DNA of 64,000 nucleotides from Callorhinchus milii (lineage: Eukaryota): contig NW_024704743.1 in NCBI RefSeq assembly GCF_018977255.1, positions 66,528,001 through 66,592,000 of the forward strand, written 5' to 3'. How positions within the stretch are numbered: position 1 is the first letter of the stretch; each line of letters begins with the position of its first letter. The notes beneath the pieces are model-generated. The model saw nothing but the letters and a program-made list of their open reading frames with translations, did not search any database and was not told the DNA's origin. The position numbers and the translations under genes were made by a program. Shown piece after piece: positions 11,541 to 26,300 of this stretch.

Positions 11541-12799
11541 GACAGCAGTGGTCCTGGAGTTGAGGGTGGAGATACCATGTCTTTTACACCAAAGTCCAGA
11601 TTATTTACATATGTGGAAAATAACAGTGGCTGCCCCCCCCGCTCGGGTCCCGAACCAACTGTCCAGCGCCTTGGGACGTCCTCCCGACGTGAAAGGCGGT
11701 CTATAAATGCAATCTTGTTGTTATTGTTGTTGTTGTTGCTTTGTATGGACTGCTTTGTTACATAACTGATTACATTGGGCTAATCCAAAAACACCTGAAT
11801 ACTATTACTCTCTGCTTTTTCTCCTACAACTAACTCTCTTTCCTACCATACCAACGCTGCAATATTATCCCTAACACCCACAATTTTGCAACAAGCCTCT
11901 TAAGTGACATCTTATCAAACATCCTCTGAAAATTCACAAGTACAACAATAACAACTTGCATTTATATAGCCCCCTCCACGCGGGCGGTGTCCCAGAGCGC
12001 TTAACAATGATGGAACCTGATGCCAAGTCAGGGGGAGGGGGAAGGTACAATATCCATTAGATGCTCTTTACCAAACATTTTGTTATTTTCTCAAAAATTC
12101 TTGTCAATTTCTGTATTCATGAGCAACTTGTTTCTATAAATCTGTGATGTCTGTTCACAATTCAGCCATGTATTGGAAAATCTTTAATTTAGTCTTTCAT
12201 CATGCTCTATTCTTCTTCACCAGATTAACAAGAACAATTCACCAAGTATTTTTCTTGAAGATATCACTCTTGTGCAATACTGACATTTGTATTTGTATTA
12301 TATGCTCAGCACTGCAACTGACCCCTGAGTCAAAACCTGATCATGAATATTTTTGTCATAAGTGCCATCTGAAAGAAATAGCATTCAACAAGAATGTTTC
12401 TTCAGTGACCTATACCCTATTTGGCTCAAACAACTTAGCATCTTTTACATTATAGCCCACACATATTATTATAGAAATAACATACCACAATAACACAATG
12501 CTTTAATTTCATGGCTGTCAAAAATATTTTGGAAAAACAGACTATTCTTTCAAAGATTCTTCCGAGGAATGTCTGTTCTGTCGATATTAAATTTGAAGAA
12601 GATCAACTTTTTGAACAGATATCAACCTCTTCTCTTCACTCCCAGGTTCCCATCACCTACAAGAAAGGAATATGGGTTAGAGGGTGGAAGCCATTAGAAT
12701 GACACAAGCCATGCATTCGTGCAGCTCACGTCTGTGGTCAAACATGAATACCTGTCACAAGATTTAACAGGAAAAAGAGATTTCAATAGGAACGTTACT

Positions 12800-13050
12800 T
12801 CAGCTTCTACCTGTCCCTCTGGAACTCCATCCCACAGTCCCTCCGCCTCGCCCCCACTCTTGCCTCCTTCATGACCCATCTCAAGAACCTCCTCTTCGCC
12901 TGTGCCTTCGGTCACCCTCCACCCTCCTAGCCTACCCACCCTCCAATCCTCATGATCCTAACCATCAGTTCGGGTGCAGATCCCTGTCTGTCCAGTACCT
13001 GGATGTCCTCCTGACATGAAAGGTGCTATACAAATGTAGTTTGTTGTGGT
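12800..13050 (+). mobile_element. L2-clade LINE 3' end fragment
   Basis: Homologous to the other L2 3' ends, with a GTTGT tail. Confidence 0.75.
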
Positions 13051-13283
13051 TGTACTCTGGGGAAAAGAACAGTTGTAACAACTAGTGGTATTGAATGGTT
13101 TGAAAAATTTGCATCATCTGAAAATATAACAACAACTTGTTATAGTGTTCTTCATCAGGGTAGCATCTCAGAGCACTTAAAATAAAATATACTATTGGCA
13201 AAAGATAGATACTTGGGAATAATAAGTTAATCACAAATAATATTAATAATATTAATATTACTAAGTATCCTGTTGTGCAATAG

Positions 13284-13402
13284 GCGTTCGCCCACAAATA
13301 TACAGTCAATTCACTTTACAGTATATTCTGTGAAGCGCTTTGGGACGTCTAGAAGATGTGAAAAGCGCTATATCAAATGCAAGGATTATTATTATTATTA
13401 TT
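13284..13402 (+). mobile_element. 5'-truncated SINE (3' tail)
   Basis: Near identical to the 3' 120 nt of 4579-4905. Confidence 0.9.
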
Positions 13403-16400
13403 TTATGTTTTCTGAAACCTATCTGGATTCTGATGGAAATCACTGAATTGGTCAGCAAACCAGAATGCCCTGTAATTTTCTTCATCTGAACAAGGTAGTT
13501 GTTCTTGAAATCAAACTTGTCAGGTAGGGAGATGTTAACTGGTGAATTACATTTAATGTCAAAATGACTCCAAGGTACTTTACACTATGAGTTACTTTTT
13601 TCTCAACTATTTTTTCTCCCTTCCTCTCAAAAAGGTGTGTGATTCAGTTATTTCCCTTTTACTGGGGTATGCTTTCACAGGCACTGGGCTTTTTTTGTTC
13701 CTTGCCCAAGAAGCTATCTTCAGGTGTGACTTCTCACGGTGAGTGAGCATTAGCTATTTAGTGGCATCACAACCATGACTCAATGTCTATAAGGACATCT
13801 AATAACACATCTTTAAACCACTGATGGTCTTTTGTTTAAGAATGTGAAACATTTCAGGTCCCATAGCAGTCTGTACAGATTTCTATGTTGAGAAGCTATT
13901 CTCTGGATAGGAATAATGAACCCTAGCTGCTTTTTCCATTTTTAAGTGAGGGTGAAAATCATAAAAGGATGTTTCCCTCCTGCCTTTTTGTCATGCTTCC
14001 CACATGGTCATGATTACTGTTAAATCAATGTATTGATTCCTTGAGTGTAAACCTACCTTTATATTTTATGACAGACAGCTGGCAAAATCTCACTTGCATC
14101 AGTTGAAACCTTAGGTTTATAACTCACAAAATCTGTGTGAAAGTTATTTATGTGTACACCAATACAAAGTATTGTTTATATAGTTATTAGTAGCAAGACA
14201 TTTTGTGGTTGTAGGAAGGAGTTTGATGTAAAACTAGACAACTTGGCATTTGCCCTTTGAGCTGATTATAACAGAAGAAAACAGAAATGAGGAGAATCTA
14301 ATCAATTGAATTATCGAATCATCACTAAATTCCCACAGATCATCACATCCTCACACTAAAATCAAAGTCATAAACGTTTTAGTCAAGAATCTGTTCATTT
14401 CATTAGCAAAGTTTTCAACTGAATTAGAATTCACTGCATCAGGTTAAAATATCTTCATCAAGTCAAGATCTACAGAGTTATTCTCTCCTTACCAATAAAT
14501 GCACTGAACTTTGGTAGAAGTGTGTTTCATTCTCCAGTTGTTTTATAATGGTGCTATGGTGATGAATTTACATTCTCCATCCTCCTCATCACTATTTATA
14601 ATCCATGTTTCTGTCTCTGTCTGCAGTCTTCTGTAATGTATCTTGCATCTCTGATTCCTTCTCCAAAGAGAAAAAACTTTTAAATCCTGGTCTCCTGCTA
14701 CAAGACCACCATGATGTTATTTATTCTGTTCCAAATATTATGAATTAAATTATTACCTATCAATCAATTCCTGTTTGCCTCATTGGTATAAGAACATAAG
14801 AATTTGCTCAGCAAAGGAAGACCAAGGTCCACCTAGTTCGCCTTCCACCGTCCTGACAGTAGCTTGATGTGTTGTGTCCTAAACTATATACTGTATCACA
14901 AGATATTATTTTCTATTTCTGCTAGAATATAATAGCAACATGTGTCAATGAATCAGCAAACTGGAGCCACGTTAAAAGGGCCAAATTCTTTAAACTGCTG
15001 ACATTAAACTCATAATATTTGGAACAGAATAAATAACATTATGGTGGTCTTGTGGCAGAAGACCAGGATTCAAAAGTTTTGTAAACCCCCCCCCCCCCAA
15101 GTGAAGCGCTTTGAGACAGCCTCCCAATGTGAAGGGAACTATATATGTATAAAAGTATGGTTATTAAGCCGAACAACATGAGGAATTTTGTGCCCCACAT
15201 GTCCAAGTGCAATTCACAGCACATGATACAGCTTTCGAAATCAGAAAACTTTTGTCCTGCACTAATTTTTCACAATCATGATATGTTTATACAGGCTCTG
15301 GATGTTATCATTTGCCTCCAATTAGCAATTTGCCATGATATAAAATAAAAGCGGGTTTCCTGTCATAAATCCATTATAATCTCACATTCATCTTCCTTCA
15401 AACAATGTTTGTGCAGGATTTAACATTTTGCAGTCAATACTGCAGCAATCTTAAGCATAAATGGAAGAAATAAAACAGAGAACATTTCCAGTTATGGTTA
15501 AGACTTAAAATAATTCAAACATGTGAATAAGTTCCTTTTCAATAAAATACCAGTCAGGTAACCTGACCTCTTTGATAAACATATTGCCTTTTTGTGTGGG
15601 TGGGTTTATCAAGTAAGAAAATGTGTATTAATAAGAGATTAAGAAGCACTTTATGACAAAAATACATTGACCAACAAGTGGAGAATAACTCTTCTAGGGC
15701 CTCAAACTCCAGAACTGAATATTGAAAGATTTTGTGTCAGTTTACGGTTTGTGTCAGTTCAGTAGTGCTTAAATATTCTGGGAGAGGTGTACATCTTGCC
15801 TAACACCTCCCAGAAAATGGAAAGCAAAGCAGCCAAAGCAGACAAGATCCCAAAGCTGGAGTCCAGTCATTCACCTTGACTAGTAAATAGCAAATTATTT
15901 GATTATGGGCAATGCTCTGTTTCCTTCATTAGATGTGCTCACTGTCTATGTGTCCTTCTCTCTGTGTATTAAATTGTTAGAACATACCAGTCTTGACAAT
16001 GTCCCACACAGCAGCCTGAACAGTACAAAACAGATTCAAAAATTTGCGCACACTTCATAGAGTCATAGTACATATTGGACAAATGATTTGGCAACTGGTA
16101 TTCATGAAAATACATAAATAAATGTACAGTATTAATAAATATGAAGAACTTGCTTTCACACATATATGGTACATATCAAAATCGTTTTCACTTTATTAGA
16201 TATATCGTAAAAATAATAGCACATCAAAGGTTATTTAAAAGTAAGGAGTAAATAATGCCATCACTATGATTGTATCCCACATGCATACATCAGTAGTAAA
16301 GGGTAGCCTAGTGTATAGAGGTTACAGAAGCACACAGACATATAAACTGACCCCCCAAAATGCTCACAAGGTTTTACAAAATGGAAATAATGCCAGCCTT

Positions 16401-17725
16401 ACAACAAACATCATATCACCATCAGGGTCACACTGTAATGTACGTGTAATCTGCACCAGTTCTTCAAAGATGACGTTTATTTCTCTTCATGAACAATGAG
16501 GCCAATCTATTAGACACTCAATCTTTCCATCAGAGACATAAAACAATGTCCAAATATTTTTTAAATCATTGAACTGTGAAGCCTGTTATAATTCAAATCA
16601 AAGAGACAAAGAAGCCATGAGCAAATGGGCAAGTTCAGCCAGTTTATATTCTTGGCTAGCTTCAAGTTGTAGCTTGCATTTAAAAAGGTGGAGATCAGTT
16701 CTTACAGTGATATACGACATGGCTTTCTCCATGCTGGCTGGTGAAGTTGCTTGTTGTCCCTCTGCAAGTGTCATTGTTTTGAGCACGAGGAGATGTCGCT
16801 GGTATAGTTGGGAGAAAGGAAACAGTTCCAAACATCAGATGTCTGGCAGACAAGCTGGGAGATTTTAGTTCAGCAAAGGTGAAGTGGTTTTTCTGAGGGA
16901 AATAGATACCGGCAGATTCCTCATGTGCTTCATCCATCCAGTGCTGCGTACATTCAGTGTAGTTCAACAGGTTGAGCATATGGGTCGATGACTAGAATCA
17001 GTATATACCTGTTAGCAGCTAAGTGACCACACCTCATGAAGGAAATTCACTACATGTTGATGAGAAACAACTTACCTAGTGATTGTGGCAGGAAGGTCAT
17101 AAGACTATGATTTGTGAGGTTTGATGTTCAGGCATTCTGAAGAGATGTTATGTGTTGTAACAGAATAGCAGATGATGTTTTCTCAGTACAGCAATTCTTC
17201 AGAATGGAAGTACAGTAAATCCCGGGCTATCAGACTCCGGAAATTCCAACTTAGCCAGACCAGAACCCAAACCCCAAAATTAAACAATTTCCGCAGGCCT
17301 GCACTCAGGCAGACTCCCACCAGTCCACCCGCCTAGCAGCCCACCTCCTTCACTGTGGCCAGGTATATTGACTTTGACTCAGATTGTTTGAATCCTACGA
17401 GCAGAAAATAGCTTATCCGTGGGATTCAGCTGGGCAGATTGGAGCTCTTCACTCCCCTCCCCTGTCCTATTAGTCTGGCCAGCCAGGGTTTAAGTGTAGT
17501 ACAAAGATTGAAGTGTGATCACATCCTCTGCCTACACCTCCCCCCCTCCCCCCACCCCGACCCTCACCCTACAATGTGTGTGGGTTGGGGGGCAGAGAAT
17601 GTGATCCTATGTGAAGCATATGTAAACCGGTAACTTGTGTATGCTGTGAATTTGAATGTTTTGAGAGAAAAACTTTTATCAATGGGGGAATGGACCGATA
17701 ATTGTTGCAACTCCTTCATGTGCAG

Positions 17726-18056
17726 TAATAATAATAATATTAATAATAATTCTTGCATTTGATATAGTGCCTTTCACGTCTGGAGGACGTCCCAAAGCGC
17801 TTCACAGAACACACTGTAAAGTGAATTGATTGTATATTTGTGAGCGAACGCGGCAGCCAATTGCGCACAGCAATGTCCCACAAACAGTCATAGATTGAAA
17901 ATGACCCATTTATTATTGTTTTTTGTTTTTTGGAGGGATTATTATTAGGTGTGTGGAGTAAGGAAACTTGCCCAAGGTTTCGCCCTCTGCCTGGAATTGA
18001 ACTCAGGTCTCTCACTTGCAAAGCGAGTGCTCTAACCACTGAGCTACAGGACTCCA
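17726..18056 (-). mobile_element. tRNA-derived SINE, full length, short form
   Basis: Near-identical reverse complement of 4579-4905. Confidence 0.93.
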
Positions 18057-19974
18057 TAATGGATTGTCAAGTCAATGAGTGGGGAAAGACGGTCTCTCAA
18101 TGGCAACAGCAGAGGAAGATCAGATAATGAGCTACACCTCACTGCAACCAGAAGTACCTTTGGTTAGAGACAGATAATGGCTGAAGTCTGCAACGTCTGA
18201 AAATAAAGTTTCACTTAAAAGGACATATATCCTAATTTACCTGCTATCCAGTCTGTCACAATGGTCACTTATCTAGTAGAATGTAGCATGTTTAGATTAA
18301 TGTGTAACAACCTATAATTGAGCACTGGTCTTAAAGAAGCCTAAAGCAATAGAAATTACAAAATAAACTAACAGTGGTTTGAACTCCACACGTTTATAAG
18401 ACCAGTTAAGGTTTTATTTTGTTAACATTGATTTCTTTACACCAGAAATAAAAAGGCTGACAGAATTTTGCTCGGACATTAAGACTGAATACTTTTTTAC
18501 TCTGCAAATTCCATCATTAACAGCACAAAGTTTATGGCAGCATTTCGGGCCCAGAGAGATGAAGGCAGAATGAGCCGAATGGACTTTCTGTGCTAAAACA
18601 TTCTATGTACGGTTCTATAATTCAAGCAATGCTTGTAATCAGATTAGTGGCACCACTTGCTTGCATAGAAATGAAATTGTATGAATTGTGAATTCTATGA
18701 ATAATATACCATGCAGCACATGTTTCTTATTAATTTTCAGAAGTAAGGATTTAATGAACAATTAAGATATTATAAATTTCCCTGTCAGATTGTCTCTGTT
18801 ATATTGTCTCCAAAGTCTTTTTGATGATCATCTGCTCCCAAGATCATATATTAAGGGCATTGATTCAAACCAAATCATTGTGCTTTATCATTATAATTTT
18901 TCTATTGTTTTGAAACTTTTAGTTATTCCTGTATTATACTTCTGTTAATGGGTTCCCCTGGAAGAACAAAGTGTTTCTTATTCAGGGAGGACTACCTTTG
19001 AATCCAGCCTAGCCAAGCTTAATAAAAGTCACCCTTATCTAAAAGAGATTGCTAAAGGTCACAATTGTCTTTTAGCAGTCTCAAAGCAATTCCTTGAGGA
19101 TCAGAAACCCAAAGCAAAACAAAGATTTTTGCCTTAATTTCAACATGATTTGCATCTGTGCACAAAAATACTTATATGGAGAATAGCAATGTCAACTAAA
19201 GAAAATGGGATGAAATGTACAGTTCTTTCTTAACTCATTCCGTGTTTTAATTAACACAGGAAGTGGGTTAATAAACCCCTGCAAATTTTACTCCTATATT
19301 TCCTGGGTATCAGAATTAAGATTCATCTGCTGAATATGGCCCTAGATAAAATTATTCATTCACTTTTTGGTTATTTGTGGACATAGCTGTGTGTAAATTA
19401 GCTGTCGGTTGACCCACTGAGCACACAGTAACTATATGTACAGTACAGTAAATCTTGTGAAGCACCTAGGGACTTCCTCCCAACATGAAAGCTGCTATAT
19501 CAAATGTAAGGATTATTAGGATTATTATGCCAGGAAGAATTCTTAATTTAACCAGTGTTGAATCTGTGCCAGGCTTCCTTAATATGGTGCTAATAAACAG
19601 AATCACAACATGCTGCGATTCGCAGCTCTGTTGTTCACCTTGATTGAGTACTTCTGGCTGTAAAATTTGGGATTCCATCTTTGAGATTTTAAAACTTGAT
19701 ATGACAGCAACAACATTTTGCAACTATTTAGCACCTTTCACATAGGAGAACATCTCAAAATACTTCATGATATCTAAGTAGGATGAGCATTTATAAAAAT
19801 ATTATTAATAATACTATAATAATAAGTAAGCTCATGCATTTCATATGCTGTAGTGCCTTTTAACATCGCTGTAACATCTGAAAGGACTTCATACTCCACT
19901 GGCTCCACATTCCTCCAGTGGACTTTGTTCTGGCATTTAATTCCCTCCACAGTCCCTCCCCACCCTATCAACCT

Positions 19975-20580
19975 TAACAACAACAACAGCAAAATTACAT
20001 TCATATAGCACTTTTCATGTCGGTAGGACGTCCCAAGGCGCTGGACAGACAGAGTTACGGACCTGAGCTGGGGGTCGGGTTCGGGGAGGGTGGAGGGCAG
20101 GGGGGAAGCAAGGATATCAAAAGCACAGTTGAAGAGGAGGGTCTTGAGATGGATCTTGAAGGTGGCAAGGAGGGGGCGAGCGAGGCAGGGATGTGAAGCA
20201 AGCCAAAGCCCGTTGAGCAAAGGGAGCAAGCAGGATGTTAGGGGGTTAGGAGGTCGCAGAGGTAGGGGATATCAAGACCGTGGAGGGCTTTGAAGGTGAG
20301 GACCAGGATCTCGAACTGTATCCTCTGTGTGATGGGAAGCCAGTGGAGTTGGGAAGGATGGGGGTAATAGGGTCGTGGAGCCTAGTGCGGGAGAGGACAC
20401 AGGCTGCAGAGTTTTGAATGGAGGTAGGAGTTGGGGAGGCCGACAAGCAATGAGTTTGCATAGTCGAGTCTTGATGTAATGAAAGCATATATCAGGGTTT
20501 CGGTGGCCTGCAGTGTGATTCATTTGGAGCCGGGTGACATTGCGGAGGTAGGGGAAGACAGAACAGGTCATGGTGCAGAG
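19975..20580 (-). mobile_element. L2-clade LINE 3' fragment with internal deletions
   Basis: IQNSAACVLSRTRLHDPITPIL remnant and (TTG)n tail. Confidence 0.85.
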
Positions 20581-21519
20581 GTTGAAAAGAATAAGGATGC
20601 AGGGATAAATCACAAAGTAGTGGGAAAGAATGAGTTAGAATAGGAGGCGTTATTGTTGGTTTTGATGTTCAACACAGTGATGATGCAGGGAGATGGAATG
20701 TGTGTAGGATGTAACATTTGGAACTTGGAATGAACATGAAAAATTAATAATAAAAACAAAATAAGAAAAACAAGTACATTCCTGATGGGGAGGGAGATGT
20801 TGAAGTTAACTTTATTTTAGCATATTGTTTAAGTTTCTTCTTTTTATTATTTTAAAGTTAGTTTGAACCAATTTTTTTTAAAAAAGTTACTCTCTTTAAA
20901 TAGTTAGGTCTCGGTTTGATATTGAATGTCAACTTCTTTATATATGTTCTAATAACACTGCTGTTTTCAGTATATTGTTATAGAGATTCCATTTTTCCTT
21001 TATGCTTCCTCTGCACTATAATTTCTCAATTTATTGTTATTGCTTCTGCCTTATCTTAAATTCACCTCCCTTGATATTCAGCACATTAATGTTAATCTCC
21101 TTCCCTTTAGCCTGTGCAAGAATATTGAATCTATCTAAATTTTCATGAATAATAGGCAACTGCTCCCTAACATTCAAATTTCCTACCATCTAAGATTCAC
21201 TGCTAAATAGTAAATACGTTATGGCCTCTTTCTTTATCTCTTACCAGAGCTACTTAAGTTCACATCTTGAAATCTGCCCGATCTACTAGCACTTCAATTC
21301 AGAATAATTACAATTCTCTGTTAATTCTTATTCATTTCCACAGTGCTGAAATAATTGTGTCAATTTCTTTGCTTTAATGGTCTACAGCCAATTCCATTTC
21401 CTACTCAATTGTCTCATGATGTCTTACATTGTCATCCTAATTGAGTTGGATCTCCTTTCTCTGAGGTCAAAGGCCCAGCTCTACCATTTAATTTGCTTCA
21501 AATTATGCAATTTAGGTGA

Positions 21520-21860
21520 TTGCAATCAGTTCATTGGTAGCATTGCATTGTTGCCTCTGAGTCAGAAGGTAGTGGGTTCAAACACCACCTAGGACATTGA
21601 GCTTGAAGTCCAGGTTTACCCTCCATTGCAGTGCTGAGGGAGCACTGCATTGTCGGAGGTGCCGTTCTTCAGATGAATTGTTAAATTAAGGACTTGTCTG
21701 CCTGTTCAGGTGGATGTTAAAGATCCCATGGTACGTTTTTGAAAAAAGAACAAATCCCCAAGATAAAATTGGAATATTCATGTCATGGCAGTTTGTGCTA
21801 CATTGCTGTGTGCACAATTGCATCTGTGTTTGCCTGCAAATAGACACAATGTGATAACAC
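21520..21860 (+). mobile_element. Older Deu-type SINE (SacSINE1/AmnSINE-like)
   Basis: GCCTCTGAGTCAGAAGGTAGTGGGTTCAA head and TGCAGTGCTGAGGGAGCACTGCATTGTCGGAGGTGCCG...CAGGTGGATGTTAAAGATCCCATGG core. Related degenerate copies lie near 75-320, 2080-2335, 25235-25840, 38590-38860, 58010-58270 and 59290-59450. Confidence 0.75.
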
Positions 21861-22914
21861 AATTGTAATGCCTAACCAATGCCAAGACTAATATATTTAA
21901 TGGTAAGTATCCTTTATATAGATTCTGAAACCACTTTACTGAGCAAAAGGATAAATGAACATTCATGCGACTCCTTGTCCTCTCCTATAACCCATCAGAA
22001 CTAAAATTGTACTTAGAATTGCTGGAAATTCTTCAATTCTGTCTTAATTTGTAAGCAAGTTTCCTGCAGTTCTTAAAAAAAATTCCAAATTAAGAATCAT
22101 TTAATTTTTTTTCCAGTTTTGTTTGACCTGTTAGACAAAATGGCCTTACAGGCCAAGAACAAGTGGAATTTCAAGCCTCCGATTCTGGTTTACCTGCAGT
22201 TATTGCTCACTGTTTTCGGTTTTTATTTTTGTCATAGGGGATCTCTAGAAAGAAATCAGGAGCATAAATATTGGCTGACTTTTTTCCCATTGGCAAAGCT
22301 GTTGAACCTTATTGTAGCATCCTTACTCTCTCACCAACTGAGTTATTCAGATGAAGGGGGCCATATGTAGAATTTTGGGCCTTCAGTATCTAGCCAGTAG
22401 AGGGTGTAGAAACCTGGGAACATTCCCTCCATTCTGTAATTCCCTCCATTCTCCATCTCACTGCGTGATAAATACCAGGTAACTGCTATAATACCAAACT
22501 TAGAAAATCGAGACAATCAATTTTATGTCTAACCATAATGGAACTGTGATTTTATAATGAATCTTGCTTCTCCACACTTAGCAATATTCTCAACCATTGA
22601 ACAACAATTAAAATAACATTTTATGCATCCTCACACTATTTTACTAAGACCAACATCTTGAAATTTTGTAAAAGCCAGAACTTTGATAATTCTTGGTTCC
22701 ATGTTAGTACAATCCTTTTGTTCAAAGTATGCAGTAGAAATGAGATTTCAGTTCATTGATTGTAATGAAGGCCCATAGCTAGGAGATGAAAACCTGCTGA
22801 AACAAGAATGCAGCTACATCTTGAATACGCTACCTGTACATAATGAGCTGGCATCAGGACCATCCAGTGAATTCATAAAATCTAATTAATTCAAAAACTC
22901 CTCACCAAACTCTG

Positions 22915-23355
22915 CACATCCATCATCCCAGCCCTTGCCAGGCTCCACTAGCTCCCAATTGCAGAAATGGATTGTTTTCAAGATTCTCACACTGGTATAC
23001 AAATCATTTCATTTTGTGGCATCTCCCTTCCTCTCCAATCTGCTTACACCCCACTCCTCTACCCACCCCATTTGTTCAGCTGGCTCCAGCCTCCTGTATG
23101 TCTCTCATTCCCTCTGTTCCACCATCGATGGCAATGCCTTCAGCCACCCCGCCCTGAAGCAATGGAACTCTTGCTTCAATCTCTCCACCTTGCCCCCCCC
23201 ACCCACGGCTTGTCTTCAGATTGCTCCTGAAGACCTTCCTCTTCAACTGTGCCTACGGTTTCTACCCCTCGCTCCCTGGCTCAGGTTTGCCACTATTAAG
23301 CAATCTGAGACGGCACCTGGCATGAAGCGCATTATATAAATCCAAGTTGTTGTTG
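22915..23355 (+). mobile_element. L2-clade LINE 3' fragment
   Basis: IVFKILTLVYKS...PFLSNLL...TIDGNAFSHPALKQWNS. Confidence 0.8.
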
Positions 23356-26300
23356 TGTGGGTGGAGAGGGGATTCATTTGATATTAAATTAAGTGAATTT
23401 TAAACAATGTTATAATTCTCAGCAGATCAAATTCTAAAACTTATTATTGTTCTTCCAGAGTGGAAGAGTTTTAGAAATTAATTGCTGGGGTGGAGGGGAG
23501 GCAAAGTTGGTACAGAATGCTTTCCTTTCATTTCCGTAGTTTTGTTTCAAATTCAGAAAATGCTATTGGAAGCAAATTGCATTGTAAATGGTTGTCAGAG
23601 TCCTAAGTAAAATGAGTTTGGGCAGTTCAGATTCAGGTTCCAGTGGGCATTCGTATATAGCAGAAAAATGTCCCTAATTTAGCACTAATTGCACTAAATT
23701 AGAATATTCTTTAAAAGCTATAAAGATGGCTGGTGTGGGAAATGGAAATGTCACAATAGTTCAGTTGGAGTGGGTATTTCCCAGAGTGCGGTGTTAACTA
23801 GTATTGTTGGACTAGCATAGAACAAGCTTTATCTGGCATGCTATATTTACCTTGTGAATTGTTCGTGCTGATACTGAATGTTAAAAATTCTTGATTGGGC
23901 AGCAAAGATTTTGCAATTCTTACATTATCAGAATAAACAATATCAATGTTATTTTAAGGCAAAATATCATTGCATGTTACAAAAAACAAATTTAGCCAAG
24001 GAAGAAAAATGTATTAATATTCAGAAATAGTAAATAATGTTGCTTGACTTTGATTAGTCTGAGAAAATATGTAATTACTTTTATAAAATGTGACAGGATT
24101 TCATTTGGGAAAGTGATGTTAATAATGATAATGACTGTCCTGCTCTGCATATAGAATAATTTTCACTTTGACTGAAATAGCTTGAACAGCAAAGTGCAGA
24201 TTTTAATAATGTTCATTCAGTTATCAGCAGAAGCACAACAGAGACAGAGCAAAATAAACATGAGGATACAGTAGCTGTCAAAAGGTTTTCTATCATTAAA
24301 TGAAAGAAGCAAGCTGTATTGAGAAAAAATATTCTTGTGACTACAGTATTGCATTATTTAAATTAAAAAATATATGTAGACATGTATTTTCTGCAAGCCT
24401 AAATATGTGGATATTTGCATAAAGTACAACTTTTGAACATCAATAATTGCAGTTTTGATATTTATATGTGATTCTGCTCCCCTTCTTTACAAAACTCAAA
24501 GCCTTGAAAAGTATGACATAATTCAGAACATTGGAACCAACCCTACAATAATATTTTCAGTAATTCCAACCAGTAGAGCAAGAGGGTACACATTGAGGGC
24601 TGTGAAGGACAAGGAGAGGACAAGAAACAGGAAGTATTTCTTGATAAGGAATGCATTAGCAGGAAGGGTGGGTGTGGCCGTGACACTGGACTCATTTGAG
24701 AAACAGTTGTAATCCAAAGGACCTTCTTCATGTGAAAGTCTCTTGTGATCTAATATTTCTAAACAAAAGATATTCTGATTAGAGATTACATGACTGGTGA
24801 AGCTCTTCAATATTGATTGTACAGGCAAGCTATGTCAGTCAGAAACTCAGAGCCTCCAGATTCTATTACGTTCTAATCTCTGCAACATTTTTTTTCAATT
24901 ACATTTTTTTCAAGTCTTATTCATTTGATATTTCTATTTCTGCTTCAGCCCCAAATGGAGTTTGGTGGTGCCGTGGTTAAACACTCACATCATAATTTAA
25001 ACATCATCCAGTTAGATCCATTCAGATAACACAGTTATTGTGCAATCAAGAGCTGTGCTTTGTACCTCCATCTTACTGAACATTTTGCAATGATTTGTTG
25101 CAGTTTTCATATCAAATTGATTAAAAATGTAATACACTCGTGGATTAACTGACAGAGATTCAATTTGGAGTGCTGCTCCCAAAGCCACCCAGGAGATGGA
25201 ATCAGTATTGAATCAATGTACATGGCTATATGTAATGTGTCAGTCTGGCTCAATGGTAGCAGCTCGCCGCTGAGTCTGAAGCTTGTGGGTTCAACCCCCA
25301 CAATGGGACAATGTGCAGTGCTACATTGGAACAATCCAACTGCTCCAAAACTCCTCCGCCCATGTACTCACCGGCCCTAAACTCCGTACCCCCATCACAC
25401 TAGTCCTCGCCAGGCTTCACTGCCTTGTCTACAAATCTCTTCACACCCTGACACCTTCCTACTTCTTCAACCTGCTTATTCCCTACTCCATTTTCAGATA
25501 ACGTCTTAAGACTTTCTTCTTCAACCATGCCTGTGATCATTTCCCCCTAATGCCTTGACTTGGGATCAGGCTACACCACTGGTAAGCGCTCCGAGACACT
25601 ACCCTGCATGAAGGGCACTATACAAATGCAAGTTGTTGTTTTCGCTGGGATGCTCTGCATTGTCGAAGGTGGCGTCCTTCAGATGAAATTGGTCATTTAC
25701 TTCATGTCTGTCTGTGTACTAACTGGCTGCTGCATCCACCCACAAAATACTTAGTCACTGTACTTTTTTAATATATCCTGTGGAGCGCCATAAGGTGCTC
25801 TTGTGATGTGAAAGTAGTTAAATTAAATACAAAGATTATTATTATAATAGTACCATTGGTTTACTTTAGTGAATGCCAAATCAGCTTTATTAGCCTGTTT
25901 AACATTATATGGGAGGTGGCATTTTCTGATTTGAAAATTAACTTAGATTTAGGTAGTGGGTTTCTGTGTGTGCTTTTAGCTGAACATGTGCATTTTTCTT
26001 TAGACTGACCCTTGTCTCTATACCAAATGCATGGATTATTATTATTATATAATACAATTGCTAATTATTTAAGCAATATCTGGGTTCATATATCTACATA
26101 TATTTCAAAATATGTTTTATTTGCATCAAAATGGTGGAATCCAGTCCTGGGAGGAAAACATTCTCTGACTTATTTCCTTTCAATTTATGGTGCACAATAG
26201 GTAACTTTATACTATGCTCAATGTGCAACTGGCAACTGCTTTCTGGAAGACTTTGGTGATCAGAAGTTAAATATTTGATCTGAAGAGTGTTTTAATGATA

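Noticed and set aside
16569..16979. Cluster of short overlapping ORFs in non-repetitive-looking sequence
   Set aside because: No recognisable protein motif or convincing splice structure. It would need BLASTX to assign.
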